DNA of 64,000 nt from an uncultured Gemmatimonadaceae bacterium (GTDB taxonomy: Bacteria > Gemmatimonadota > Gemmatimonadetes > Gemmatimonadales > Gemmatimonadaceae): the NCBI GenBank assembly GCA_963817955.1, contig CAWFQK010000001.1, forward strand, positions 448,001-512,000, read 5' to 3'. This document shows, one piece after another, positions 1 through 9,259 of this stretch; within the stretch, counting starts at the first letter, position 1; each line of letters starts with the position of its first letter. The translations under genes and the position numbers were made by a program. A model generated the notes under the pieces. The model saw only the letters and a program-made list of their open reading frames with translations. It had not been told where the DNA came from and searched no databases.

Positions 1-57
1 CAGCTACGGAGCAGCCAGCGACATCCAGCCGGTCAACACCCAGAGTCCAATCCCCGC
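1..57 (+). repeat. Partial R element (3' segment, cut by window edge)
   Basis: GCTACGGAGCAGCCAGCGACATCCAGCCGGTCAACACCCAGAGTCCAATCCCC matches the 3' part of the R copies at ~7590, ~9195 and ~24740. Confidence 0.9.
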
Positions 58-106
58 TGCGCCGACCGGTGCGAGAAGGCACGCATGCTCGAAAACCCGA
101 AGTCGT

Positions 107-152
107 TGTCCCGTGTCCCGTTGTCCCGTGTCCGTGCTCGTGTCCCGTGTCT
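107..152. repeat. Degenerate CCGTGTC heptamer tandem repeat at the YdcF 3' end
   Basis: TGTCCCGTGTCCCGTTGTCCCGTGTCCGTGCTCGTGTCCCGTGTCTC; the same heptamer family occurs at 3178, 4201 (inverted), 35330 and 40697. Confidence 0.75.
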
Positions 153-947
153 CAGATCCACCCCTTCCACCGGTACTTCACCATCCCCAATCGCTCGTAC
201 ACGTACTCCCGGAACGCCTCCAGCCGATCGTCCGGCCCACGCGGATTGATCGTGACGTAGTCCCGCTCCCGCGCCGGCTGGCACGCCACCTTGAAGCCAA
301 CCCCCTCGAACACCGCACACGCGCGCCGAGTGTGCATGGGTGACGTCACCACGACAATCGATCGTGCCCCAGCGGGCAACAACAACCGAGCCGCCCCCAC
401 CGCTTCGTCACGCGTCGAGTGGACGTTGGGCACGATGTCCCACTGCACCGAAAGATTTGTCATGGTGATGATGCGCTGCTGATCCACATCACTCGTCCCG
501 CCGTGGTCACGCTGCACAAATATGCGACTGGTCACGAGACGCCGGGACGCGCCTTTCTGGAGTAGCTCGATTCCGGACAGCAGACGGTCCAACCCGTTGC
601 CGGTGATTGTGGTGTCGTTCGTGATTCCGCTGGACAACACCATCACGGCGTCTACCGAGGCAGGCATTGGATCGCGACGAACCCAGCTCGCCGAGAGCCC
701 ATGGGCCAATGGCGTCTCCGCGATCACCAGATAGGCCACGAGGAGCAGCCCATCGAGCGCCGGCCACCCACCCTGGTCTCTTACGGAGGCCCGCGGCAAA
801 GCCGGCGACGGCGAACCAGAAGACGACCGTGTCACCGGACGGGAAGCCGAGTAGCCCGTCCAGCCCCAGCTCCAGGAGCAGGAAGCCCGCGAGCGCGCCA
901 AGCAGCGCGCCGTACCATGCCGGCTTGTTGATTTTGGCTAAGTTCAT
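152..947 (-). CDS. YdcF/ElyC/SanA (DUF218) membrane protein, apparent 1-bp frameshift near 762
   Basis: Hydrophobic N-terminus MNLAKINKPAWYGALLG lies in one frame (ATG 947); the DUF218 motifs DAVMVLSSG, STRDEA and VVTSPMHTRRA lie in another (ORF 152-901). Confidence 0.8.
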
Positions 948-984
948 ATGGCCGAGAATCAATGTTTTCCCGCCTGGAACAGCA

Positions 985-3003
985 ATGCCGAACCCGACCC
1001 CAGATATCGATCAGCTCTGCATAAATACGGTCCGCACTCTCGCCATGGACGCCGTCCAGAAGGCAGAGTCGGGGCACCCGGGCACGCCAATGGCCCTCGC
1101 GCCCATTGGCTACGTGCTCTACACGCGCGTGATGCGGCACGATCCCGCGGATCCGAGCTGGCCCGATCGCGACCGATTCATTCTGTCGTGCGGTCACGCG
1201 TCAATGTTGCTGTACTCCTGCCTGTACCTGAGCGGCTACGATCTCTCGCTCGACGACATCAAGCAGTTCCGGCAGTGGGAGAGCCGCACGCCGGGCCACC
1301 CGGAGTACGGCTACACGCCCGGTGTGGAGACGACGACCGGCCCCCTCGGCCAGGGCGTAGGGAACGCGGTGGGAATGGCGGTGGCCGAAGCGCATCTGGC
1401 GGCCACGTTCAACAAGCCAGGGCATGAGATCGTCGATCACTACACGTATTTCATCTGTAGTGACGGCGATCTGATGGAGGGCATCTCGCACGAAGCGGCG
1501 AGCTTTGCGGGACACTACAAGCTCGGGAAGCTGATCGGCTTCTACGACGACAACAAGATCACGATCGACGGCTCCACCGATCTCACCTTCACCGACGACA
1601 CGTCCGCGCGCTTCGAGGCCTACGGCTGGCAGGTGCTGCACATCAGCGACGTGAACGATCTCCAGCAGATCGAGGGCGCGGTCGCCGAGGCGCAGGCGGA
1701 CACAGAGCGACCGACGCTCATCGTCACCAAGACCCACATCGGCTTCGGCAGCCCGCGGCAGGATACCGCCCAGGCACATGGCGAGCCGCTGGGTGCAGCG
1801 AATGTGCTGGCCACCAAGAAGAACCTGGGCTGGCCGAGCACGGAGCCGTTCTTTGTGCCGGAGGAGTCGCTGGCCCACTGGCGCAAGGCCAAGGACAAGG
1901 GGGCAACTGAGCACGCCAAGTGGAACGAGCGCTGGTCGGCATACGCACAGGGGTTCCCAGACGACGCCAAGGAGCTCGACCGCCGGCTGGCCGGCAAGCG
2001 CGCCGCCGACTGGGCAGCGAAGGCGCCGAACTTCACCAAGGAGAACGGCAACCTGGCGAGCCGCGCGGCGTTCGGCGCGGTGCTCAACGCGACGGCGGAA
2101 TCACTGCCGGAGCTCGTCGGCGGATCGGCCGACCTCACGCCGTCGAACAACACGTCGGTCAAGACCTGGAAGAATTTCTCCACCGCCGATTACGCCGCGC
2201 GGTACGTGCACTTTGGCATCCGCGAGCATGGCATGGGGTCGATCATGAACGGCATGGCGCTGCACAAGGGCATTCTGCCGTACGGCGGCACGTTCCTGAT
2301 CTTCTCCGACTACATGCGGCCGGCCATTCGCCTGGCGGCGGTCATGAAGCAGCAGGTGATCTACGTCTTCACCCACGACTCCATTGGACTGGGCGAGGAC
2401 GGGCCGACGCACCAGCCCATCGAGCAGCTCTCGGCGCTGCGGGCAATCCCCAATCTCACGGTGATCCGCCCGGCAGATGCGACCGAGGCGTCCGTCGCCT
2501 GGCAGGTGGCGGTGAACCACGAGGGCGGACCGATCGCGCTGGTGCTGACGCGACAGAAGCTGGGGTACATCGACCGCCAGACTTACGCGCCGGCGACGGG
2601 GCTCGCGCATGGCGGCTACGTGCTGGCAGACCCGCCGGCTGGGAGAGCGCCGCAGGTGATCCTGATGTCGTCAGGGTCCGAGGTGGCGTTGGTGCTCAAG
2701 GCGCACGAGCAGCTCGCCGAAAGTGGGGTGGCGACGCGCGTGGTGAGCATGGCGTCGATGGAGCTGTTCGCGGCGCAGCCAGTGGCGTACCAGGATGCGG
2801 TGCTGACGCCGGGCGTGCCGCGCGTGGCAATCGAGGCGGGGCATCCGATGTCGTGGTACCGCTGGATGGGGTCGAACGGGGGGGGGGTGGTGCTTGGCTT
2901 GTCGCGGTACGGGGCGTCGGCGCCGTACGAGAGGATTTATGAGGAGTTGGGGTTGACGGTGCAGAAGGTGGTGGAGGCGGCGAAAGGGTTGCTGTCGAGC
3001 TGA
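985..3003 (+). CDS. tkt: Transketolase
   Basis: Motifs SGHPGTPM, DRDRFILSCGH, GVETTTGPLGQG, SDGDLMEG, HFGIREHGM, THDSIGLGEDGPTHQP; ATG at 985. Confidence 0.97.
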   Translation: MPNPTPDIDQLCINTVRTLAMDAVQKAESGHPGTPMALAPIGYVLYTRVMRHDPADPSWPDRDRFILSCGHASMLLYSCLYLSGYDLSLDDIKQFRQWESRTPGHPEYGYTPGVETTTGPLGQGVGNAVGMAVAEAHLAATFNKPGHEIVDHYTYFICSDGDLMEGISHEAASFAGHYKLGKLIGFYDDNKITIDGSTDLTFTDDTSARFEAYGWQVLHISDVNDLQQIEGAVAEAQADTERPTLIVTKTHIGFGSPRQDTAQAHGEPLGAANVLATKKNLGWPSTEPFFVPEESLAHWRKAKDKGATEHAKWNERWSAYAQGFPDDAKELDRRLAGKRAADWAAKAPNFTKENGNLASRAAFGAVLNATAESLPELVGGSADLTPSNNTSVKTWKNFSTADYAARYVHFGIREHGMGSIMNGMALHKGILPYGGTFLIFSDYMRPAIRLAAVMKQQVIYVFTHDSIGLGEDGPTHQPIEQLSALRAIPNLTVIRPADATEASVAWQVAVNHEGGPIALVLTRQKLGYIDRQTYAPATGLAHGGYVLADPPAGRAPQVILMSSGSEVALVLKAHEQLAESGVATRVVSMASMELFAAQPVAYQDAVLTPGVPRVAIEAGHPMSWYRWMGSNGGGVVLGLSRYGASAPYERIYEELGLTVQKVVEAAKGLLSS

Positions 3004-3069
3004 CGCAGTCGCGGGGGGTGCGGGCTTTGCGGGCCTGCGGGCCACTACCGCCGGCCCGTGCGGCGTGGT

Positions 3070-3171
3070 GGGCTCCGGGCCCGCGACCGGCTGGATGTCG
3101 CTGGCTGCTCGGTACCGGTCGGCCCACCGGTCGGCGAGTTTCGAGTTTCCAGTTGTGAGTTGTGCGTTGTG
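3070..3171 (-). repeat. Inverted partial R element (right hairpin arm plus 3' segment)
   Basis: Reverse complement reads CACAACGCACAACTCACAACTGGAAACTCGAAACTCGCCGACCGGTGGGCCGACCGGTACCGAGCAGCCAGCGACATCCAGCCGG. Confidence 0.9.
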
Positions 3172-3177
3172 ATGTTG

Positions 3178-3212
3178 TTCTCGTGTCTCGTGTCTCGTGT
3201 CTCGTGTCTCGT
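3178..3212. repeat. (TCTCGTG)n heptamer tandem repeat
   Basis: About 4.5 tandem copies; an inverted partner CGAGACACGAGACACGGGACGAG lies at 4201-4223. Confidence 0.8.
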
Positions 3213-3349
3213 CGCCTGGCCGGCCTGCGAATTCAATCGCTGGTCGTGAGTTTTATCGCGCTACCCTTGACCCTGTAGCACAAAAATAGCATAGTGGTGT
3301 AGGACTTCTGTGCTACATCAGAGCCTATCGACCTCAACTGGGCGGCCCT

Positions 3350-3577
3350 ATGGTCAAGAAGATTGCGATGCGCCGCGCCGGCGGATCGGTCACGGTCACC
3401 ATCCCGAAGGACATGGCCGATCGCTACCACATGACGGCTGGCGAAGAAGGGTTCGTGATTGAGACGGACCGCGGGGTCCTGTTGACCGCCTATGACCCGA
3501 CGTTCGAGCAGGCCATGCGCGTGTACGAGCGGGGGGCTCACACGTTCCGGAACGCCCTTCACGAACTCGCGAAGTGA
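3350..3577 (+). CDS. AbrB/MazE-fold antitoxin
   Basis: RRAGGSVTVTIPKD AbrB-like N-terminus; 75 aa, directly upstream of Doc. Confidence 0.85.
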   Translation: MVKKIAMRRAGGSVTVTIPKDMADRYHMTAGEEGFVIETDRGVLLTAYDPTFEQAMRVYERGAHTFRNALHELAK

Positions 3578-3586
3578 CGCGGCTTC

Positions 3587-3988
3587 GTGGATGAACCGAC
3601 GTGGCTGAATAGGACGATCGTCGATGCCATGCACTTCGACCAGTTGGAGAAGCATGGCGGGCTTCGCGGCATCAAGGACGAGAATGCGTGGGAGTCTGCG
3701 CTCGCACGCCCACGGAACCGGTGGGCATACGAACCGGACTCAGATCTCTTCGATCTCGCGGCTGCGTATTGGTACGGGCTTGCGACGAATCACGGATACA
3801 GCGATGGGAACAAGCGCATCGCGTTCGTCGCCACGTATACGTTCCTCGGTCTGAACGGCTGGGAGATCGTCGCCTCGGAACCTGAAGTCGTTCCGCTCGT
3901 GCTCGATGTCGCCGCGAACCATTGTACCGAAGAAGAGCTCGCGACTTGGCTTCGCGACCACGTCCAGCAGTTCCCTGATCTCGAGTAG
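3587..3988 (+). CDS. doc: Death-on-curing (Doc/Fic) toxin
   Basis: HGGLRGIKDE, SALARP and NHGYSDGNKRIA motifs. Confidence 0.9.
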   Translation: MDEPTWLNRTIVDAMHFDQLEKHGGLRGIKDENAWESALARPRNRWAYEPDSDLFDLAAAYWYGLATNHGYSDGNKRIAFVATYTFLGLNGWEIVASEPEVVPLVLDVAANHCTEEELATWLRDHVQQFPDLE

Positions 3989-4049
3989 CCGCAGCTTTTG
4001 AACGCTTTCGTCGGGAGCTGGCTTACGGCGCGACTCGGTAACGCGGCGT

Positions 4050-4200
4050 CGCTACGCCATGCGGCGCTGTGCTGCTGCACGCTCCTCATGCTCGAACGCG
4101 TCAACGACCTGCTCGACGCGATCGTGGGGCCACCGGCACCACCGTCTATCGTCGCACCGACGGCGTCGCCGTGGTACCGGCCGCACTGCTTGGTCCGTAA
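4050..4200. pseudogene. Two back-to-back gene 3'-end scars: HipA C-terminus (-, 4050-4102) and probable DUF4143-ATPase C-terminus (+, 4129-4200)
   Basis: 4050-4102 matches 20096-20148 except for one base; 4129-4200 translates to ATGTTVYRRTDGVAVVPAALLGP*. Confidence 0.65.
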
Positions 4201-4323
4201 CGAGACACGAGACACGGGACGAGGTCACGGAGGCGACCGACGCCATCGCGCTCCTCGCGCCTCGAAAGAGCCTGAAATTGAAAATGCTGAGGCGACATGG
4301 CGCAGGCGGGCGGGGTCGCCAGC

Positions 4324-5444
4324 TTAGCGACCCCCTGAATTCGTGTACAGTAGCGCCCCAGTGTTGCTCGCGGTGTTGGCACATGCCGCCCAGCCGACCA
4401 AGTCAGACAGCATCACGATGTCTTGCACGATGCAGGTGGCGCCAGCCCCAGTAGCCTGCGTGGTCCAGCTGGTTCCGCCGTTCGCGGAATACATAATAAT
4501 TGAGCCGGTTCCGATATTACCGCCTATCCACACACCGCTGCCGGATGGTGAGATCGCCACCGATGCAAATGTGGCGCTGCTTCCGGTGGGCAAGCTGGTC
4601 CAACTGGTTCCTCCATTGCTCGTCTTGAGAACCGTTCCAGAACTCCCGGCGGCGTAGCAGGTAGTGCCGAGGCACTTGACCTTGAACAGGTTGCTGGTGG
4701 TCCCGCTGGCCGGGCTGGCCCAGGTCGAACCCATGTTCGTTGTCGTTCGAATGACTCCGCCATCGCCTACGACGATCAGGTTGTTTGGATTGGACGATAC
4801 GGCATCAATTCCATAAAAGCGGTCCGACGCACTGGTTGTGAGGAGTGTGTGCCAGGTCCCAGGGAATCACGCCCGAGGACGAACGCGCTGTTGTTGGTCA
4901 ACCCTCCGACGGCCGCAACCTGGCGCGACGGCGTGATCACAAACCCCTGGACGCGGTCCAGATACGCCATGCCGCCAAAAAAGGCAGCCGTGTTGACCTC
5001 TTTCGTCCACGTCGCCCCGCCCGTCGTGCTTTTCCAAACCGAAGCCCCGCTGACGTCCTTTCCAGCAACCCAGATCTCGGTTGGGGAGAGCGCCGCGATT
5101 GCGTACAGATCACCGCTGGTGGGAGAACCAACCCCCACTGAGGACTCGCCTCCGTCTGGCGTCATGAGAATTTCGCCGAGGTGCCCAGCGGTGAATGCGT
5201 GCTGGCTATCCAGAAAGAACAAGCTGCTCGGACCGGCAGTGGCACCGTCGGTAAGACCTCCCGAATACGCGCTCGGAAGGATGATGTTGCCGGCACTAGA
5301 AATGATCGTTGCCCACCCAGTGGTTGCCGTTGGAAGAGGCCCACTACCGGAGCTTGAGGGAGAGCTCGTAGCCGAACTGCAGCCCATGAGCCCAAGGGAC
5401 GCAAAGGCCCCGGCGGCTAGGGCGACTCGCGTGGACTGTTTCAC
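4324..5444 (-). CDS. YCF48/BNR-repeat beta-propeller lipoprotein, frameshift near 4860
   Basis: Lipobox LMGC and repeated (S/T)xNGGTSW Asp-box motifs; the two ORFs join through GTWHTLLTTSASDRFYGIDAV...VVGDGGVIRTTTNMGSTW after a 1-bp shift. Confidence 0.75.
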
Positions 5445-5819
5445 TAGACGAACTCCGCCGTTTGATGCCAGGGTGTAGAGAGAAAGGACGGATTAGTGTC
5501 TGTCGCCGCGAGTCAGTGCGCTGTCAGGAAACTCCCGCATCGTTTGTCGGGTTTGTGCTGACAGCACTGGTCTGCCGTCGTTGCGGGTTGAGCGGTCGGG
5601 CCGCGCCGCAATCGTCCTCATGCAATCCGGCCCGCGCGCGTCGCCTCATCTTTTGCGCGTGTTTTTCAAATACTGAGCGTATAGCGCACATAATTCAAAC
5701 CGCGCGCAAAGATTTCACGGCTGAGACGCCAGCAGCGCTGTGCCTTTGCGTTCCGCTCCGCTACGACTCGCTGCGAAATTGTGCGTAGTCCGGGCGTATT
5801 CGTCGCCTTTGACATACAA

Positions 5820-5869
5820 CTAATACCTAGATAGTATTAGCCAACACACTAATATCTATACGGTATTAG
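5820..5869. promoter_or_regulatory. Two palindromic operator-like sites upstream of the ATPase
   Basis: CTAATAC-N7-GTATTAG and CTAATAT-N7-GTATTAG. Confidence 0.6.
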
Positions 5870-5912
5870 CGCCTTCGAGCGCAGCACGAATATCCATCTG
5901 GGAAACCCGCTC

Positions 5913-7229
5913 ATGACGATGTTGCGTTCCCTGCCCACCCCCTGGAACGTCTACAACCTCACCGGCTCGCCGTACTTTCAGGAAGCGCTCGAGGCTGGCG
6001 AAAACACACCACGACCGCTGAGTCTGTTCGTCGGTCGGCAGACCGAACTGCATCGCCTCCAAGCGAACATCCGAAGCGCCGGCGGCAACTCAACCCGCCA
6101 GGCGGTGGCGGGGGCGCCTGGCGTCGGCAAGACCACGCTCGTGAAAGAGCTGAAGGCGCTCGCGCTGGCCGATGGGTACCTCACGACGGATGCCCTCGTG
6201 CCCATCCTGGGTAACGACACGGTCAGTACGGTATTCGGCCGAGTGTTGGGTGCTCTTTATGACACGGTCGTCGCCAATCGGCCTCATGCGATCGACGATC
6301 CAACCCTCCGCGACGCGCAGGTGCTGGTCCGCGCGACACGCCTCGGGACCGGAGGTGGTGGCGTCTCGGTCATGGGGGTGGGGGCGACGCTCACGACAGG
6401 GTCAACGGTGCTCCATCCCGGCGACATGATGATCGACGGCCCCCGGGTGGTGCGTGACCTGTCGCGGTTCGTCCAAGCGAGCGACGCGCGCGGCGTGCTG
6501 TTGCACCTGAACAACATGGAGAATCTCACGGAGTCGGATGCCCAACATGCCGCGAATCTGCTGCGCGACTTGCGTGATCCGCTCTTGCTACAGAATGGCC
6601 TTCATTTCGTGCTGGTCGGGACGACGGATGCTGTGACGACGGTCGTCAATACGCACCAGCAGGTGCGGAACACGGTCAGCATTCTTCGGCTTGAACCGCT
6701 GGACATCGCCGAGGTGCATGCGATGCTTGCGGCGCGCTACGCGTACCTGCAGTTGAACCCGCACGATCCCATTTCCGCGCCTGTTGAACCCGAGGCCGTG
6801 AACCTCCTCCACGAGCTTTTCCGTGGCGACCTGCGCGGATTGCTCAAAGCTCTCGAGGACGGCGTCGAACCACTACTCGGCCTACTGGACCGGAACGGCG
6901 GCACGGTGGTTCGCCCAGTGACCGGTGCCGAAATTCGCGGAACGTTGCAGGCGCGGTACACTGCCGAGCTTTCTCAGCACGTCGAGCCGGTACGAGTCAC
7001 GCAACTCACCGCGTGGGGCACGCAGGCACCGGGGGCGGGGGTGGGGGCGGGGGCGGGGGGCGTACAAACTCAAAAATCCCTTCGCGGGCTCTGGAAGCTC
7101 TCGCAGCCGGGCGTGTCGAACGCGGTGGCCGCGCTCGTCCGGCAGGGGTACGTGGTGCTACTCCCGCGGTCCGGAGCGGAGCCAATTCAGTACGTGCTCT
7201 CCGGGGTCAGTCGACTCATCTTCGGATGA
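5913..7229 (+). CDS. Stand-alone P-loop ATPase with probable C-terminal winged HTH (family A)
   Basis: FVGRQTE, Walker A GAPGVGKTT, atypical Walker B LHLNNMENL, GDLR; paralogue at 21470. Confidence 0.85.
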   Translation: MTMLRSLPTPWNVYNLTGSPYFQEALEAGENTPRPLSLFVGRQTELHRLQANIRSAGGNSTRQAVAGAPGVGKTTLVKELKALALADGYLTTDALVPILGNDTVSTVFGRVLGALYDTVVANRPHAIDDPTLRDAQVLVRATRLGTGGGGVSVMGVGATLTTGSTVLHPGDMMIDGPRVVRDLSRFVQASDARGVLLHLNNMENLTESDAQHAANLLRDLRDPLLLQNGLHFVLVGTTDAVTTVVNTHQQVRNTVSILRLEPLDIAEVHAMLAARYAYLQLNPHDPISAPVEPEAVNLLHELFRGDLRGLLKALEDGVEPLLGLLDRNGGTVVRPVTGAEIRGTLQARYTAELSQHVEPVRVTQLTAWGTQAPGAGVGAGAGGVQTQKSLRGLWKLSQPGVSNAVAALVRQGYVVLLPRSGAEPIQYVLSGVSRLIFG

Positions 7230-7230
7230 C

Positions 7231-7297
7231 GGGGGGGGGGGGGGGGAGGGGGGGGGGGAGGCGGGACGGCGGGACGGCGGGACGGCGGGACGGCGGG
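7231..7297 (+). repeat. Poly-G tract followed by (GCGGGACG)n
   Basis: About 30 nt of nearly pure G, then about 4.5 copies of the octamer. Confidence 0.85.
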
Positions 7298-7308
7298 TGA
7301 GGTAATCC

Positions 7309-7638
7309 GTTGTGAGTTGTCAGTTGTCAGTTGTGAGTATACGGGTCATGCGCACCAGGGCGCCTGGCTTCGCGGGCCACTATCGCCGGTCGGCGAGGTT
7401 CGGGTGTCCAGTTGTGAGTTGTGAGTTGTGAGTTTTTAACAACGCGCAACGCATAACTCACAACTGGCAACTCGAAACTCGCCGACCGGTGGGCCGACCG
7501 CTACGGAGCAGCCAGCGACATCCAGCCGGTCAACACCCGGAGCTCAATCCACGGCCTCACGATCGGCTGCGCCGGTGGGCCGACCGCTACGGAGCAGCCA
7601 GCGACATCCAGCCGGTCAACACCCGGAGTCCAATCCCC
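7309..7638 (+). repeat. R element copy 1 (3' segment duplicated)
   Basis: Heptamer lead-in, CCAGG-GCG-CCTGG mini-hairpin, long hairpin 7384-7491; the 3' segment is repeated at 7571-7638. Confidence 0.95.
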
Positions 7639-7772
7639 GCCTCGCGATTCCCCGCCCCCCAATCGGCCAACACTCGGAGCGCCCAATCCGGCTTGCGCTG
7701 GTCGGCGATAGGCATATAATTTCACAATAGATCGATAAGATCGGGTAAGATACCTCAAATCGCTGACTCAGC

Positions 7773-8993
7773 ATGAATCCGCTAAACAACCCGTTCTCAC
7801 CCGGAGCCGGCGCCCCTCCGCCCGAGCTCGCTGGTCGTGACGAAATCGTCAACGCCGCGACGATCGCTCTTCACCGTATCCGCGCAGGACGACCGGAAAA
7901 GAGTCAGCTGCTCCTCGGCCTTCGCGGCGTCGGAAAGACGGTCTTGTTGAACCGGATCGCCACCATCGCTGAAGAGACGGGCCATCTCGTCGTCCAATTC
8001 GAAGCACCGGAGGGGCAGAAGCTGGCCGAGTATCTCGCGCCGGCACTGAAAAGCGTCCTCCTCCGACTCAGCCGCGTCGAACGGGCGAAAGACTATGCCG
8101 CCCGCGCCATGGGCGCGCTGAGAGGGTTTGCAAGCGTGTTCAAGGTTTCCATCGGCGAGGTCGGGTTCGGCGTCGCCGAGCCGCAAACCGCCGACAGCGG
8201 CAACATCGAGTTTGATCTTCCTGAGTTACTGATCGCGACAGCGCAAGCGGCGAAAGCCGCGGACACAAGCGTCGCCGTCTTCGTCGATGAGGTCCAATAC
8301 CTGTCGGAGGAGGACCTCCGTGCACTGATCGTTGCGCTGCATCGCGTCGCGCAAAAGGGCTTACCTCTCGTCCTCTTTGGCGCCGGGCTTCCGCAGGTAG
8401 CCGCTCTCGCCGGAGAGGCGAAGTCTTACGCCGAACGGCTGTTCGACTATCCGGAAATCGGCCCTCTCGTTCCTTCGGCGGCAGAGCGTGCGGTACGGGA
8501 ACCCGTCCGCTCTGAAGGGGCGGACATTGACGCTGGAGCACTGCACGGGATCGTCGAGGTGACCCAAGGCTATCCGTACTTTCTGCAGGAATGGGGTAAG
8601 CACGCCTGGAACACTGCGCCACGATCGCCGATCACCGCGGCGGATGTCGAAATGGCCAGCAGGTCTGCGACCGACGCCTTGGACAAGAATTTCTTCCGAG
8701 TCCGGTTCGATAGGCTCACTCCGCGCGAACAGGATTATCTGCGGGCGATGGCGGACCTCGGCCCAGGCCCCCACCGGTCCGGGGCGATCGCTGAGAAGCT
8801 CGGGGCGGCGGTGGAGAACCTCGGTCCGCTGCGGAGCGGCCTCATAAAAAGGGGTATGATTTGGAGCCCGTCACACGGCAACACCGCCTTTACTGTACCC
8901 ATGTTCGACGCGTTCATGCGACGCGCGATCCCAGTTTGGCAGGCACCAGCCGCGCCCAAGCGCCGGGGGGGGACTGTGACCAGTGGTCAGTGA
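7773..8993 (+). CDS. AAA-family ATP-binding protein (family B)
   Basis: NPFSPGAGAPPPELAGRD, GLRGVGKT, VFVDEVQ, GYPYFLQ. Confidence 0.9.
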   Translation: MNPLNNPFSPGAGAPPPELAGRDEIVNAATIALHRIRAGRPEKSQLLLGLRGVGKTVLLNRIATIAEETGHLVVQFEAPEGQKLAEYLAPALKSVLLRLSRVERAKDYAARAMGALRGFASVFKVSIGEVGFGVAEPQTADSGNIEFDLPELLIATAQAAKAADTSVAVFVDEVQYLSEEDLRALIVALHRVAQKGLPLVLFGAGLPQVAALAGEAKSYAERLFDYPEIGPLVPSAAERAVREPVRSEGADIDAGALHGIVEVTQGYPYFLQEWGKHAWNTAPRSPITAADVEMASRSATDALDKNFFRVRFDRLTPREQDYLRAMADLGPGPHRSGAIAEKLGAAVENLGPLRSGLIKRGMIWSPSHGNTAFTVPMFDAFMRRAIPVWQAPAAPKRRGGTVTSGQ

Positions 8994-9247
8994 CCAGTGG
9001 TGAGTTGTGAGTTGTGAGTTGTGAGTTGTGAGTGTACGGGGCATGCGCACCAGGGCGCCTGGCATGCAGGCCACTATCGCCGGTCGGCGAGGTTCGGGTG
9101 TCCAGTTGTGAGTTGTGAGTTGTGAGTTTTTAACAACGCGCAACGCATAACTCACAACTGGCAACTCGAAACTCGCCGACCGGTGGGCCGACCGCTACGG
9201 AGCAGCCAGCGACATCCAGCCGGTCGATACCCGGAGCTCCAATCCCC
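8975..9247 (+). repeat. R element copy 2
   Basis: Core nearly identical to copy 1. Confidence 0.95.
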
Positions 9248-9259
9248 GCCGGTCCGCGA

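Noticed and set aside
667..984. N-terminal extension of transketolase
   Set aside because: It overlaps the divergent YdcF gene, and transketolase similarity starts at ATG 985.
4286..4301. 16-bp match GCTGAGGCGACATGGC with 23559-23574
   Set aside because: Short enough to arise by chance in a GC-rich 64-kb window, with no flanking similarity.
5480..5800. Possible structured RNA in the long intergenic region
   Set aside because: Only a weak inverted repeat (TTTGCGCG..CGCGCAAA) is present, with no recognisable RNA family.
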